Shown here in pieces: positions 63,375 to 64,000 of a DNA stretch of 64,000 bases. Position 1 is the stretch's first letter. Each line of letters opens with the position of its first letter. The position numbers and the translations under genes are program-made. Source of the stretch: Selaginella moellendorffii (taxonomy: Eukaryota; Plantae; Lycopodiophyta); contig NW_003314293.1 of the NCBI RefSeq assembly GCF_000143415.4, positions 1,618,457 to 1,682,456 on the forward strand, written 5' to 3'. A model generated the notes under the pieces. The model saw nothing but the letters and a program-made list of their open reading frames with translations. It had not been told where the DNA came from and made no database searches.

Positions 63375-63776
63375 AAGTCTCAGTTGGGAGGCTTGACTTT
63401 TCTGGTTGCAGCGTTCATGAAATCAGAGCGTTTGTGTTACATTCTGTGCTTGGAGCGAAAGGCTTGGTTGGAAATGGGAATGAAATCAAATATCATGGCA
63501 ATTGCTGCGGTGCTGGTTGTTCTCTTGGGTATAATCTCGGCTTGAGTGAAGGATTTTTGTCATTCTTGTTAATATAACAGGGGTTGTGATGCAAGCTGAA
63601 GCTGCAGGACAGCAGGCGCTCCTCCAGCGAGGTGATACATCAGACAATTCGATATAACTTTGGAGATCTCTTCTAGTTTGCCCGGCAGTGTGCCAGTACA
63701 CTAGAGTGGTTTGCAGAGTGAATAGGAATGCATGCTTTAACTCTTGCAATCTCCCGCGAGGATGCCGGCCAGTGTA
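63375..63776 (-). repeat. Inverted copy of the 42195-42630 element
   Basis: Reverse-complement match over about 400 bp. Confidence 0.85.
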
Positions 63777-64000
63777 ACTTCTAATAAAACGTTATTATTA
63801 TTGTTTATTATGACATAAGGAATCACAACTAGCTTACAAACGACGAAGGATAAGTTGAAGCACGAGGGGGGAAATCCGGAAATGCTGGCCTCGATCTCCA
63901 CTCTGGTTCCCGAGCAAGCGAGAGACTATCTACTCTAGCAGTCACATGCCGCACACACCACAATTTGGCAAAGCTCAAACCTTTTTTGCTCAAAACCGCT

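Overview
Eukaryotic plant nuclear DNA with very compact genes, 45-90 nt introns and 200-600 bp intergenic spacers. It looks most like the lycophyte Selaginella (inference). 1-12 kb is gene-dense: plastid RPE (5' part), PCNA, an IQ-BAG protein, a thaumatin-like protein, an AIRP2-like RING E3, a UBA/PUB protein, a small membrane protein, a histone H4 variant (V21H), an organellar uS15, a polycistronic snoRNA cluster missed by the ORF track, and an Ole e 1 protein. 12-27 kb is an ~8 kb tandem duplication carrying a Borealin-related gene, a chalcone isomerase relic and a secreted 6-Cys peptide. 30-42 kb holds C4H (CYP73A), an F-box gene, GIF, two SAURs, a type II-like chalcone isomerase and a decayed phosphatase-RNA ligase fusion. 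43-64 kb is mostly decayed Ty3/gypsy DNA around an island with a head-to-head pair of secreted proteins. One is an intact papain-fold protein lacking both prodomain and catalytic dyad. The other is a jacalin/Pro-rich/Cys-rich chimeric lectin. A 3 x 474 bp tandem repeat separates them, and this island is the best candidate for an undescribed system. Exon boundaries were derived by hand from GT/GC-AG sites and reading frame. Family assignments come from recalled motifs, not from database searches.
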